A program made the translations under genes and the position numbers. Below are positions 27,220 to 41,226 of a stretch of DNA of 64,000 nt, in pieces. This DNA comes from Octopus vulgaris (lineage: Eukaryota). A model generated the notes under the pieces. The model worked only from the letters and a program-made list of their open reading frames with translations, did not search any database and was not told the DNA's origin. The stretch's first letter is position 1; the number at the start of each line of letters is the position of its first letter. Location: contig OX597831.1 in the NCBI GenBank assembly GCA_951406725.2, forward strand, positions 22,072,001 through 22,136,000, written 5' to 3'.

Positions 27220-27620
27220 GGGTAGGAATGTTCAGTATGTCAGGTAGGAATGGTGCGGTAGAGCAGCTGGTAGCTAGATTTCGATAAGGGGACATGTGAT
27301 TACAGGATTGTGGAGAAGCATAAACCAGGGAGTATAAATATTGGCCTATTTGTTGCAATTTTGTAAGGAAGTCAGAGCCTGCTCAAATGAGGTAGCTGTT
27401 TGGGAGCAGTTTCAGTTGTATTCAGAAATGGTGGATGTTATTTCCAGAGTTATGTGTAGGTATTGATGAAGGGAATTAAAAAAATAACTTGCTCTCTGGC
27501 GACTGACATGGTAGTAATGCAGTCGTCGATAAAATAAAAGCCTAGGAAGTTCAGTGTGTGCGTATGTAGGAACCATCTTTGTACCCATCGCCACACTTGA
27601 CGATTATATAAAGCATCCAC
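27220..27620 (-). mobile_element. Highly decayed Penelope-like reverse transcriptase remnant
   Basis: Frameshifted motifs VAMGTKMVPTYA (PLE G.AMG.K.AP.YA), FIDDC (catalytic), FNSLHQYLHITLE (N..H..I.FT.E) and SPQSC..SPY, in the correct order. Confidence 0.7.
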
Positions 27621-28285
27621 CCAAGAAAGAGAAATATTTGAAGGTGAAGACAATTTGTGTGACAAAGAAGTGTAAAGGATCTGGGTCTGAGTGTAACATA
27701 GGTTTCACTTGCATATAAACACGACATAAATTCAACCAAGATTAACTGAGTAAGTCTATGATCAAATGCATTCGAAACATGACCATCGTAAAGTTTTTTG
27801 AGTGGGTGGGTGTTAGTTTTATTTTTCTCTACCAGTTCTTCCAAGGACTACCGCTAGATGATAAGGTGTTAGTTGAAAGAAATTTCATTGTAATTTCTAG
27901 CAGATTGAAGCTTAATTCTTGGAACAACCATCATGATTGCATTTATTGCTGTTGTTGTTATTTAGCGTAAGATGTTACAGAGACTCCAATCGCCGCCACC
28001 CACTTTTACATTTTGTGTATATATGTTTACCTATAGATTAGTATTGAGTTTCAAGACCCCTAGAGACCATAGGCAACACCTCAGTCTGCTAACACCTTAG
28101 GACAACACTGAATATATTGTAGTTCACTATTGCCAAAAAGATCTATATTGAAGCATATACTTGATATTGCCGTTAAGTTCCAAATTGAGTAAGCATATGG
28201 ACAAAAAAAAAACGCACCATATATGACCATTTCGTTTTAATCTTCGGTTATTCCGGCATATAATATTATCCATACAGTAATGTTG

Positions 28286-28950
28286 CAAGCTGGTAGAAAC
28301 GTTAGCACGCCGGGTGAAATGCTTAGCAGTATTTCGTCTCTCGTTACGATCTGAGTTCAAATTTCGCCGTGGTCAACTTTGACTTTCATCCTTTCGGTGT
28401 CGAAACATTAAGAACCAGTTACGCATTGGGGTCGATGTAATCGACTTCATTCCTTTGTCTGTCCTTGTTTGTCCCCTCTAGGTTTAGCCCCTTGTGGTCA
28501 ATAAAGAAATAAGAAACGTTAGCACGTCGGGCAAAATGCTTAGCAGTATTTCGTCTGGCGCTACGTTCTGAGTTCAAATTCCGTCGAGGTCGACTTTGAC
28601 TTTCATCCTTTCGGAGTCGATAAATTAAGTACCAGTTACGCACTGGGGTCGATGTAATCGACTTAATCCGTTTGTCTGTTCTTGTTTGTCCCCTCTATGT
28701 TTAGCCCCTTGTGGGCAATAAAGAAATAAGAAACGTTAGCACGCCGGGCGAAATGCTTAGCGGTATTTCGTCTCTCGTTACGATCTGAGTTCAAATTTCG
28801 CCGAGGTCGACTTTGGCTTTCATCCTTTCGGGGTCGATAAATTAAGAACCAGTTGCGCACTGGGGTCGATCTAATCGACTGCCCACCCCCCTCTGCCCCA
28901 AAATTTCGGGCCTTGTGCCTAGAGTAGCCTAGAATAGAAAAGAATATTAT
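28286..28950 (+). mobile_element. Tandem trimer of SINE family A
   Basis: Two identical junctions AATAAAGAAATA|AGAAACGTTAGCACG. The last unit has the older tail. Confidence 0.9.
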
Positions 28951-29459
28951 CAATACATTATACAAACTGTATTGAGAGATCAACAGTTTTAAATCTGCAA
29001 GTTGTGATTTGAGAAGGATTTCGCTGTTATATCTAGCACGACGTACAACTACGTAGAGGCAAATGCTCATTTGCTTGTAAATTGTTTTTAGAAGTATTAT
29101 TCTGTATCACCTCTCTATCACAATTTCTTTTACGTTTACATTTCAACAGATCTACATACAGTTTGACAACATGGACTGATTCGTTGGAGAGATAAATTTT
29201 CTTCGTTGTTTTCTCAACAATAATTAGTTAAGAGCAAAACACACAAATACATGGTAAATTAGCATGTACTTAATTAATTAATTTAACTTATTAATTAATT
29301 AATCATGATCAAATAGATAAGGCAGTGGCTTAATACGTTACAGAAATTAATCACGCATTTAAATTTTTATTTGAAGTAAAACGAAATGTAAAAAGGTAAA
29401 AAGCAATTAGCAACACGAAAAAGCTAAGAACGTTTAGCATTGCACAGAAGAAAGCACGC

Positions 29460-29476
29460 ACAAAGACACACTGACA

Positions 29477-29514
<38 letters not shown>

Positions 29515-29698
29515 TACATGCACACACTCATACACACACACACATACAGGCATACATTCACACATATGCTCACAGGTTCCTGTATGCGTGATAGAAATAC
29601 ATACAAACATGTATTCATACACATGTATGCTAATATATGTACTATGCATACACATATACTTATATATGTATATAATTATACATAGATAAACATATGTG

Positions 29699-29754
<56 letters not shown>

Positions 29755-30011
29755 CATACATAGACATAAATATATATAAATATATTAACATGTATATATA
29801 CTTTATATATATATTTACATATATATAGATGTATATATATATAAATATATATATGTGTATATATGTATATACATATAGACATAAATATATATGAAATATA
29901 TTAACATGTATATATACATGTATATATATATTTACATTTATATAGATGTATATATATATATATATATGTTTGTATGTGTGTGTATATATATATATGTGTG
30001 TGTATACACAC

Positions 30012-30047
<36 letters not shown>

Positions 30048-30320
30048 GTTTTAGGCATGCTGTGAAAGTCTTCCTCGATTATCTCCCAAGATAATCTTCG
30101 CAGAATTTTTTTTTTTGCAATCGAGGAACTTGGAAATCCTGGAGAAAACGAAGGAGATCGTCATAGTGATAATTAAAATTGATGGAGTGTAAAGTAGGCT
30201 ATTGTTTACCGCGACGATCTTAATGATGAGTGATGATGGTGATGATGATGATGATGACGACGACGATGATGATGATATTGATGATGAGGATGATGTTGAG
30301 GATGATGATGATGATAATGT

Positions 30321-30370
<50 letters not shown>

Positions 30371-30576
30371 GTTATCGTGATGACGACGACGATGATGAAG
30401 TTGATTACAATGAAGACGATGATTATTTTCCTGACGACTGATGATGATGATGATGATGATGACGATGACGATGATGGTGGTGATGATGATGATGGTGGTG
30501 GTGATGATGATGATGATGACGACGACAACGATGATGACGATGATGATGATGATGATGATGGTGATGGTAGTGGTGA

Positions 30577-30617
<41 letters not shown>

Positions 30618-30810
30618 ATGATGATGATGATGATGATGCTGATGATTATGATGATGATGGTGGTTGTGATGATGATGATGATGGTAATGTTAATGGAAGT
30701 GATTATAAGAGCCTTTCTTTGCAGTTACCCGTCTTGTGTCCCGCTGTTGATGATGTTGTAGACGTTTTGTCTTGTTGTCGGTGCTGGTGTCCTTACTTCT
30801 GTATTTCTTA

Positions 30811-30877
<67 letters not shown>

Positions 30878-30899
30878 TGTTGTTGTAGTAGTAGTAGTG

Positions 30900-30943
<44 letters not shown>

Positions 30944-31634
30944 TGCTGTTGTTGTTGTTGTTGTTGCTTCTGTACTTTTGCAATTAGAGAAGTGTCATGA
31001 AATGTCTTTTGGTGATTAACGAAGAGTTATTTCTAACAGCCCTGACTGCGACAACGTCAGTGGTTGATGTAGTGGTGGTCATAGCATTGGTGGTGGTGAT
31101 GGTGGTGGTGGTGGTGGTGGTGGTGGCGGTGGTAGTGGTGGTAGTGGTGATGGTGGTGGCGGTGGTGGTGGCAGTAACAGTGGTGGTGGTGGTGGTGGTG
31201 GTGGTGGTGTCTTAGTTGTAATAGTGATTATAGTACTGATGGAGGTGGCGGTGGTGCTAGTAGAGGTGGTGTTCTTTCTTGTAATTAAAGTGATGTTTTT
31301 GTTGTTCTTCTTGCTGTTGTTGGTGGGGGGGGGGGGGAGGCGGCGGCGGGTGCAGCAACGATGGTACTGGGCAGTTGCGATGATGGTGGTAGCAGTTATA
31401 GTAGTTTGGGTGATAGCAGAGGCAGGGGACAGAGGAGAAGCCGAAGAGCAGAAGGATATAAAAGAAAGCAAAAAGAAAGAAAGAAGAAAGAAAGAAGGGA
31501 TGGAAGGAATGAAGAAAGATAAACCTAACAAGTTTGAACTATGTTGAAATGTAAGACTTTATCACCGTCATCATCGTCGTCATCATCATGGCTGTCGTCG
31601 TCATAACGTGAACATCACTTTAATATCATCCTTG

Positions 31635-31677
<43 letters not shown>

Positions 31678-31678
31678 T

Positions 31679-31720
<42 letters not shown>
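29460..31720. repeat. Compound simple-repeat field: (CA)n, (TA)n, (GAT)n, (TAG)n, (GGT)n, (CAT)n
   Basis: Direct reading. Confidence 0.93.
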
Positions 31721-31721
<1 letters not shown>

Positions 31722-31865
31722 GTCAAGGACAATTTTACGTCGGCTTGTATGGGTCCGGCGAGTTTCTGCAGTTCTATATTTAAGAGATGAGCAATTATAT
31801 ACATTATTTCCATTATTTCCATTATTTACATTTGACGGATATTTGTCCTCATCTTGTTTGTTGTT

Positions 31866-31911
31866 AACATAACATTTCGGCTGATATACCCTCCAGCCTT
31901 CATCAGGTGTC
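31866..31911 (-). ncRNA. Type I hammerhead ribozyme motif (slightly decayed)
   Basis: GACAC CUGAUGA A GGCUG gaggguauau CAGCC GAAA UG UU^ AUGUU. Core and stem II are perfect. The inverted sister copy has GAAACGU, i.e. a palindromic stem III. Confidence 0.68.
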
Positions 31912-31985
31912 TTGGGAATTTTCGAACCTGAGTTCTCATTCCAAAGGTATTTTTCGATGTTATTATTATTATTATTATTATTGCG

Positions 31986-32592
31986 TGAGAGAGCAGTTCA
32001 TGCCATCAAAGTGACACTGGGGTAAAATATACGAACTCCAATATACCCATCATGACTACCCGTATGATAAGGGTACACCAGGCACATGCATCACAACCAT
32101 ATGTGCGCGACATGGTGATCTCATATCAAGATAAACAGCACATGACTTTGCAGGTGGGGCCCAGTTAGAAATTTCTTCAGGTTGAGTAGCCCATCTCGCT
32201 CAAAAGGTCCCTGAATAAGGGTTGTTTTAGGATGTTGAAAGAACCACCCATGTTTCCAGAGGTGAATTATTCAAACCCCAAAAAATCCCTCTCAACACAT
32301 GGCTACGATGTTCCTCCACCACTTCTGCTCATGATCAGAGATACACATATCGTCAGCCACTAAGGGACATGCTCAACTGGATAAGGTCAAACAACTGACA
32401 AGCAAATCTGTGGTATTGAGCAAAATATTTGCTGTAGCCCATCTTTTATACCAAGACAAAACAATGTACATGATAACACTTCCAATCAGTTAAGATCAGA
32501 AGCCATGAGAGCCACTGCCTGGTACTGCATCAAGGCAATTATACTGCATCAGGGCAAGGTACTGCATCAGGGCAAGGTACTGCATCAGGGCA
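31986..32592 (-). mobile_element. Family C element, full length, with tandemly reiterated terminus
   Basis: Reverse copy of 49541-50096. TACTGCATCA(G/A)GGCA occurs four times at 32523-32592. Confidence 0.88.
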
Positions 32593-32605
32593 TTATTATT
32601 ATTAC

Positions 32606-32675
<70 letters not shown>

Positions 32676-32695
32676 GTTATTATTAATAGTATTAA

Positions 32696-32775
<80 letters not shown>

Positions 32776-32849
32776 GGGTCACTGCTTGGAATCGAACTCA
32801 GAATCGTGGGGTTAGAAGCCCGCGCTCTTAACCTCTATGTCATATGCCC

Positions 32850-32928
32850 GGCTGGAGGATACATCAGCCGAAACGTAGAGTTAACAACAAGCAAGATGAA
32901 GACAGATATTCGTCAATTGTAAATAATG
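32850..32928 (+). repeat. Inverted partial copy of the hammerhead SINE 3' end
   Basis: GGCTGGAGGATACATCAGCCGAAACG..TGTAAATAATG is the reverse complement of ~31821-31898, with about 11 mismatches by eye. Confidence 0.85.
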
Positions 32929-32931
32929 AGC

Positions 32932-32972
<41 letters not shown>

Positions 32973-32998
32973 CGTGCACGTGTGTGAGTGTGTGTGAT

Positions 32999-33029
<31 letters not shown>

Positions 33030-33299
33030 GCGTGTGTGTGTTCCACAGCTGTAGATTGTATCACAGGGACTTGTTTTCAAGTGTTATACTTTACTTCACC
33101 AGGTTTCCTACAGCAACCTGTGTGTGTGTGTGCGTGTGTGTGTATGTGTGTGTGTATGTTTGGGTCTGCGTGTCTGTGTATGTGCTGTAAATGTATGTAT
33201 GCATGTATATATGTATATATGTATACACATGTCTACACGTATAGACACGTATGTTTCTATGTGTGTGTATATGTGTGCGCACATGCGCGCGCATGTGTA

Positions 33300-34773
33300 C
33301 GAAGGTGGACTCACAAGTTCATAGGCTGAGAGACTGATGCTAGAGTTGTGAAATCTTGCTTGCATCAATTTCAAATCTTCTTATTAACTCCATTTTGCGA
33401 AGGCGGATGTATTGTTTCCGTTATGTCTGTTTGTTTGTCCGTGGACAAGATATCTCAAGAACCGCTGGATAGATTCAGATGAAACTTTCAGGGATGTTTG
33501 ACCGCATGACTGGCACGCACTGATTATATTTTGGCATCGATCCGGTACCGGACAAGGATTCTAGATTATTTTCCTGTTTTTTTTTTTTTTACTTAATTTT
33601 TGAGAGCGGTCGGGTTCATTTTTAGTATTCTCGTTTGTAAGAGCAGTCGAGCAGTCGAATTTATTTCAGATATTCTCGTTTTAAAAATAATCTCCAGCTG
33701 GTCGTAGAGAGGGCGTTAGTGTTGCCTTGGCAGAGGTTTGCGCCATCTCTGTGCTCTTGTTAAAAACTGCATTGCTGCTTTCCAAGTAAACTGACAACTG
33801 ACCGTTCAAAGAAAATCCAAACGTAACTAGTAGCGAAAATGGACAAACTTTAACATCGTGATGTTATCAAGTACCTGCAAAAAAAAAGGGGGGTTTAGTC
33901 CCAAGATCATTCATGCTGATATACATGCTACTTTAGGGGATGATGCTCCAGCTTTATGAACAGTGCAAGATTGGGCAGCTGAATTTAATATACCATTAGT
34001 AAGTCCCCCCGTGAGAGTGTTGAGACTATTCTGCACAAGGAACTTGGCATGACGAAAGTTTCTGCTCGCTAGGTGCCACGTTTTTTTTTTTGTTGTTTTT
34101 TTTTTGACACCTGATCAAAAGCACACCGGGTTGGTCACATCACGGGAAAATATGACATCGTTTGAAGCAGATCCAGCAGGTTTCAAAACCGAGGATGAGT
34201 GCTGGGTTCATCACTTTGAGCCAGAGACAAAGAGACAATCTATGGAGAAGAAACATCCCTCTCCTCACCTGCTCCAAAGAATACCACGATCGTTTCATCT
34301 GCAAAAGGCCTTGTGCTTATTGACCCATCTTGCTGAGGTAGTCACGAAAGGCTCAGGAAAAGACCAAACGCTCAGGAAAACTGACGAAAGAGGTCTTGTT
34401 ACACCAAGACAATGCTCTAGCACACGAATCCTTGGTTTCAATGGCTGTTGTGCGTGACTGTGGCTTTGAACTGGTTGATCGGCCTACATATTCTCCTGAT
34501 TTGACTCTATCCGACTATCATCGGTTCGCCGCATGAAAAAGACACTTGGCTGAGAAGCAGTATTGCGGAGATGATGACGTCATATCTGCTGTTGAGGATT
34601 TTTCTCACCAACCAGGTGATGAAATCTTCTTTACCAATGAGATCCAAACACTGTAACACCAAAGAAAGAAGTGTGTGGACTGCAAGGGGGACTATTTTGC
34701 AAAAATAAACCTCATTTGGCCACGTTCCGTCAGAGTATCTTGGTCAGACTATGAACTTTTTAGCCGACCGTCG
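33300..34773 (+). mobile_element. Degenerate mariner transposon with both TIRs
   Basis: TIRs CGAAGGTGGACTCACAAGTTCATAGGCTGA / TCAGACTATGAACTTTTTAGCCGACCGTCG. Pseudogene motifs VIKYLQKKG, LGDDAP, (W)VPR, DECWVHHFEPETKRQSM, LLHQDNA, YSPDL. Confidence 0.9.
33381..33761 (+). mobile_element. Helentron-associated non-autonomous element (HINE/DINE-like) nested in the mariner
   Basis: TTATTAACTCC..GAAGG start, short (GTTT/GTCC) repeats, GATGAAACTTT, and subterminal CCTTGGCAGAGG followed by a degenerate hairpin and TT end. Confidence 0.6.
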
Positions 34774-34966
34774 TGAGTGTGTGTGTGTGTGTGTGTGTGT
34801 GTTTGTATGTATGTATGTATGTATGTATGTATGTATGTATGTATGTATGTATGTAGAAAACAAGAGCTCTCCTTGTTTCTTTCTGTGTTCCTTTCTGCTA
34901 GCTGCACTCGCCAGCATCATCTCCACAAATTACACGACCACCTCCATTACTTCTAGAACAGCCATC

Positions 34967-35186
34967 TATTTCTTTACTACCCACAAGGGGCTAAACACAG
35001 AGGGAACAAACAAGGACAGACAAACGGATTAAGTCGATTATATCGACCCGGTGCGTAACTGGTACTTATTTAATCGACCTCGAAAGGATGAAAGGCAAAG
35101 TCGACCTCAGCGGAATTTGAACTCAGAACGTAACGGCAGACGAAATACGGCTACGCATTTCGCCCGGCGTGCTAACGTTTCTGCCA
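34967..35186 (-). mobile_element. SINE family A
   Basis: Reverse copy lacking only the extreme 5' end. Confidence 0.9.
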
Positions 35187-35871
35187 CCTCCATCACCATT
35201 ATCACGAACACTACCAAAACCACCACCACCACCACCACCACCACCACCACCACCACCGACACAAACACCACTACAAACACCATCACCGCTATCATCATCA
35301 TCGTCATTCACCACCACCACTACCACCACCACCACCACAACCATCACCACCACCATCCACTACCACTACCACCGCCACCTGCACCATCCCCTACAAACCC
35401 CCACGACCAGACACCGACACCACCATCACCATCCCCTACACAACCCCCACGACCACACACCGATACCACCATCACTACCACCATCCACTACCACTACCAC
35501 CGCCACCTTCACCATCTCCTACACAACCCCCACGACCACACACCGACACCACCGAAACCACCATCACCACTATCATGACTGCAACCACAACCAGCTCTGC
35601 TATCAATATAAATGTCATGTGAGATACTAATTAGCTATATTTTGGTTAATTAAGGACCCCATCAAAATCTTTTTTGTTCTTCAGATAGACCGTGTCTGCT
35701 ACACTGGTGAAGCTTGTCTTACCTCAGGCCATGTCTGTACACACTGACACATACACATGCACGCACACATAAATTCGCACTCGCATACACACACAAACAC
35801 CACACGAACACAGATATACATATATATATATATATATACATATGTATGTATATACATATTGTATATATATT

Positions 35872-35927
<56 letters not shown>

Positions 35928-36090
35928 CATGCAAACACATACATACACGCATACATAGATACATACACACATACGTACATCCATATATATACGCATACAC
36001 ATATATATGTATATATATATATGTGTGCATGTATATAATATATGTATATATGCATACGTAAATGTACATCTATATCTATCTATCTATCTA

Positions 36091-36130
<40 letters not shown>

Positions 36131-36226
36131 AGGAAAAATCATAAAAAGGCAGAATGCCTTTTTATAATTTTTCCTTGCCTATCATTTCGCCATGTGCGGT
36201 CAACACAACCCCACCATTTATTGATT

Positions 36227-36308
<82 letters not shown>

Positions 36309-36417
36309 GCGTGCTCACGCATACATGTATACATTCAGATAGATAGACATAAATACAAACATACATAATTACATTCAAGCATGTATACATAAAATATACA
36401 TACACATATACATATAT

Positions 36418-36812
36418 AGCCGCAGGAGTGGCTGTGTGGTAAGTAGCTTGTTTACCAACCACATGGTTCCGGGTTCAGTTCCACTGTGTGGCACCTTGGG
36501 CAAGTGTCTTCTACTATAGCCTCGGGCCGACCAAAGCCTTGTGAGTGGATTTGGTAGAAGGAAACTGAAAGAAGCCCGTCGTATATATGTAGATATATAT
36601 ACATATGCGCGTGTGTGTTTGTGGGTCTGTGTTTGTCCCCCTAGCATTGCTTCACAACCGATGCTGGCGTGTTTACGTAGCGGTTCGGCAAAAGAGAACC
36701 GATAGAATAAGTACTGGGCTTACAAAAGAATAAGTCCCGGGGTCGAGTTGCTCGATTAAAGGCGGTGCTCCAGCATGGCCGCAGTCAAATGACTGAAACA
36801 AGTAAAAGAGTA
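36418..36812 (+). mobile_element. SINE family B, full length
   Basis: A box, B box and complete tail. Confidence 0.92.
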
Positions 36813-37479
36813 TAAATAGCTGGTCCTGTGCCGTCAAATATGATGGCTAATTGTAGTATTTTATGTATAAATACGGATGGTAAATCAAATTAATACGCTT
36901 GTCAACGTGTATTAATTAGTGGTTGTCTTTTGGGATGTGACATCGATCGTCGTCTGTTCCTGAAAGAACGCTGGTTCACGCATACAAACATTCACATAAT
37001 TTCCCTTGTACATGCACACACATATACGCACACATACTTACACACAGAGTTAAAACGCTGTTTGATTTTTTTATTTTCAGCATTGCATGCTCACCATCCC
37101 ACTTCCATTGCAAACACACACACACACATACACACACATTCAAAAACCTCCCTTTTTACATACCCACACATACTCACACAGTTGAAACGGTCTTACTACC
37201 AGTTTGCCCTCACCCCCTTCCTTCCTTAATCATCTGTCACCCCCTTCCTTTCTCATTATTCATATGTTGCGACAGAGAAAGCCCTAGAGTATCATTATAG
37301 AAGATAGTTAAGCTAATACAGTAATCAACATCATTAGATCATTGTATTCCCTGGACGTTTCATTAATTTCCTATTGAACTCTGTATTCATCTAAGAGTCC
37401 TTTATTTTGAAACATGAGTATCGGGAGTTCCAACATTTGATTATTAGTATCGCCACGCTTAAATGAAATCATAAAATAA

Positions 37480-37490
37480 ATACACATACA

Positions 37491-37524
<34 letters not shown>

Positions 37525-37566
37525 CATACATTCATGCATGCATACATACATACATACATACATACA

Positions 37567-37600
<34 letters not shown>

Positions 37601-37986
37601 CATACATTCATGCATACATACATACATACATACATACATACATACATACATACATACATACATACATAGATACATACATACATACATACATACATACATA
37701 CATACATACATACATACATACATCCATACATACATACATACATACATAGATACATACATACATACATACATACATACATACATACATACATACATCCATA
37801 CATACATACATACATACATACATACATACATACATACATACATACATACATACATACATACATACATACATACATACATACATACATACATACATACATA
37901 CATACATACATCCATACATACATACATACATATATACATACATACATACATGCATACATACATACATACATACATACATACATACA

Positions 37987-38018
<32 letters not shown>

Positions 38019-38379
38019 CATACATTCATGCATACATACGAAAAAAATTATCCCGTTGTTGATGTTGAAATTCCAATGAAGGAACCTTGAATCGAGGTTA
38101 CAAACCGGTTCTTTCTCTATTGACAAGAAGTCTTGAAATAAAACTGAATAATGACATCCATCCATCCATCCATCCATCCATCCATCCATCCATCCATCCA
38201 TACATACATACATAGTACATACAAACATACATACATATATACATACATACATACATACTACATGCATACATACACACATACATACATACAAACATACATA
38301 CATATACACATACATACATACATACATACATACATACATACATACATACATACATACAAACATACATACATACATACAT

Positions 38380-38410
<31 letters not shown>

Positions 38411-38435
38411 TACATACAAACATACATACATACAT

Positions 38436-38468
<33 letters not shown>

Positions 38469-38520
38469 TACATACAAACATACATACATACATACATACA
38501 AACATACATACATACATACA
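37480..38520. repeat. (CATA)n microsatellite arrays
   Basis: Direct reading. Confidence 0.97.
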
Positions 38521-38529
38521 AATGGCAAT

Positions 38530-38825
38530 CCGCTGGTCACGGCGACGTGGGTTCCAGTTATCCGATGAACGAAACAGCCTGCTCGTGAAATGAAAGTGCA
38601 AGTGGCTGAGTACTCCACAGATATGTGTACCCTTAATGTAGTTCTTGTGGAGATTTGGCCTGACACAGAATGCGACAAGGCTGGCCCCCTTTGAATTACA
38701 GGTACAACTCATTTTTGCCTGCTGAGTAGAGTAAAGCAACGTGAAATGTAGTATCTTGCTCAAGTACATAAAGCGCCGCCTGGAAACGATCTTGAACCGA
38801 ATACCCTAAACACTAAGCCACGCGT
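38530..38825 (-). mobile_element. SINE family D (different head, 3' domain shared with family E)
   Basis: AACAGCCTGCTCGTGAAAT..GTGGCTGAGTACTCCACAG..GACAAGGC..TACAGGTACAA is shared with family E. The head resembles 5060-5205. Confidence 0.72.
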
Positions 38826-38997
38826 AACTTACCGGTTCGGCAAAAGTTATCGATAGAATAAATACTAGGTTTATAAAGAATAAGTCCTGGATGCGATTTA
38901 TACGACTAAAGGCGGTGCTCTAGCATGGCCATACTCAAACGACTGAAACAAATAAAAGAAAAAAGGAATTTTGAAAATAATGAAGGGTTTAGCGAAA

Positions 38998-40110
38998 TAA
39001 ACATAGAAGGGACAAACAAGGACAGACAAAGGGATTAAGTCGATTACATCGACCCCAGTGCGTAACTGGTACTTATTTAATCGACCCCGAAAGGGTGAAA
39101 GTCAAAATCCACCTCAGCGGAATTTGAACTCAGAACGTAACGACAGACGAAATACTTATTTCTTTACTACCCACAAGGGGCTAAACACAGAGGGGACAAA
39201 CAAGGACAGACAAACGGATTGAGTCGATTATATTGACCCCAGTGCGTAACTGGTACTTATTTAATCTATCGATCTAGTACCTTGAACATAAATTTATACC
39301 AAATATTCAAAGAAAATTCATATTGAACCAAGGGCGATCGCGGGTGTGTTGGTATTAAAAGCGGATCGGCTAAAAAGATATTTAGATCTGGTCATGACAA
39401 CAAAAGCACCTAAAAACAATTAGCCAATGGTACATATTGGTTTCACAGTTTGGCACAAGGTCAACAACTTCGAGGGAGGGGGCTAGTCGATTACATCGAC
39501 TTCAGGGCTCAGCTGGTACTTATTTTATTGACCCCTATAGGATTAAAAGGAAAGTTGACCTCGGCGAAATTTGGACTCAAAACGTAAAGACGGACGAAAT
39601 GCTGCTAAGCATTTTACTGGACGCGTTTACGATTCTGCCAGCTCACGGTCTTATCCAAAGGTGCATATTTATTTGTTTATTGCCCACAAGGGGCTAAACA
39701 TAGAAGGGACAAACAAGGACGGTTAAAGGGATTAAGTCGATTACATCGACCCCAGTGCGTAACTGGTACTTATTTAATCGACCCTCGAAAGGATGAAAGT
39801 CAAAGCGGAATTTGAACTCAGAACGTAACGGCAGACGAATTACCGCTAAGCATTTCGCACGTCGTGCTAACGATTCTTATTTCTTTACTGCCCATAAGGG
39901 GCTACACACAGAGGGGACAAACGAGGACTGTCAAACGGATTAAGTCGTTTACATCGACCCCAGTGCGTAACTGGTACTTATTTAATCGACCCCGAAAGGA
40001 TGAAAGTCAAAGTCGACCTCGGCGGAATTTGAACTCAGAACGGAACGGCAGACGAAATATCGCTAAACAATTCGCCCGGGGTGCTAACGATTCTACCCGC
40101 TCACCGCCTT
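38998..40110 (-). mobile_element. Cluster of about five family A SINE units in tandem arrays
   Basis: Repeated GGACAAACAAGGAC..AAGTCGATTACATCGAC..GAATTTGAACTCAGAACG units. Confidence 0.88.
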
Positions 40111-40649
40111 ATTCACTGCTACATATTACTATGTTACCAAGCCATGCTCGGTCGAGAGTGACGGTTGGCTGCATAAGGCGGAAACGGTGTGAGAAAAAAG
40201 GCAGAGAATAGCAACATTTCCCCTTTCTGTTGTAACTATTTTAGCTGACCCCTTGTTACTCGAAAGTAACGAGGCAGTCGCTATTTAATGACTTTTCTTG
40301 CTAGGAATACCTGTCCAGTTCTCTATCGGGAAACATTGTGCTTTCTTTAAAAAAAAAAAAAGAAACCGAAAACAAGAGTAGAATTTCTGAAGGTGATATT
40401 GAATAATGGAATGTGACATAAGATTATTCGGGAGAATGCGGGATGGTTCTAAACTATATTTGGAAAGGCGGCTGACCTGGGTTTCAGCAACAAATACTAA
40501 GCTACAAAAAAAAAAAAAAAAAAATCGGGAGGATGTGTGTGTGTGTGCGTGCGTGTGTGTGTGTGTGTGTGTGTGTGTAGGTGCTTGTGAGCTTGCACAA
40601 ATATATACTTAGGTGTGTATACATATAGATGTATAGTTATTCGTGCATA

Positions 40650-40699
<50 letters not shown>

Positions 40700-40802
40700 C
40701 ACACACACACACACATACATACATACATACATACATACATACATACATACATACATACATACATACATACATACATTATACAGAGAGATAGTTTGATAGA
40801 GC

Positions 40803-40853
<51 letters not shown>

Positions 40854-40986
40854 GGATGTGTACACGTATATAAACATACACATATAGATACATATAGGTG
40901 CAGTATTTTGTTTGTATTTACTTGTATGTGTATTTACACACACGTACGCACATGTATATATACATACATACGTATATACATGTCTG

Positions 40987-41017
<31 letters not shown>

Positions 41018-41175
41018 CTTTTATATGTACAAACGCACATACACACATACACGCACACACATATGTGTATATATATATATATATACAGAGAGAGAGAGAG
41101 AGATAGATGCACAGTTATATGGATATATAGAGAGAATGATTGTCAGAGTCGGAAAGAAAAAAGAATGAGAGAATG

Positions 41176-41226
<51 letters not shown>

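Larger units (their letters stand above)
31802..32850 (-). mobile_element. tRNA-headed SINE with hammerhead-containing 3' region (candidate PLE-dependent SINE), interrupted by a family C insertion
   Basis: Head at 32850-32775 with A-box-like TGACATAGAGG and B box GAGTTCGATTCC, then an (AAT)n linker, then body 31960-31802 containing a hammerhead and ending in (GAAATAATG) repeats. Confidence 0.72.

Noticed and set aside
28286-28950. Repeat-spacer or CRISPR-like periodicity
   Set aside because: Units are whole SINE copies without unique spacers, in a eukaryotic context with no cas genes.
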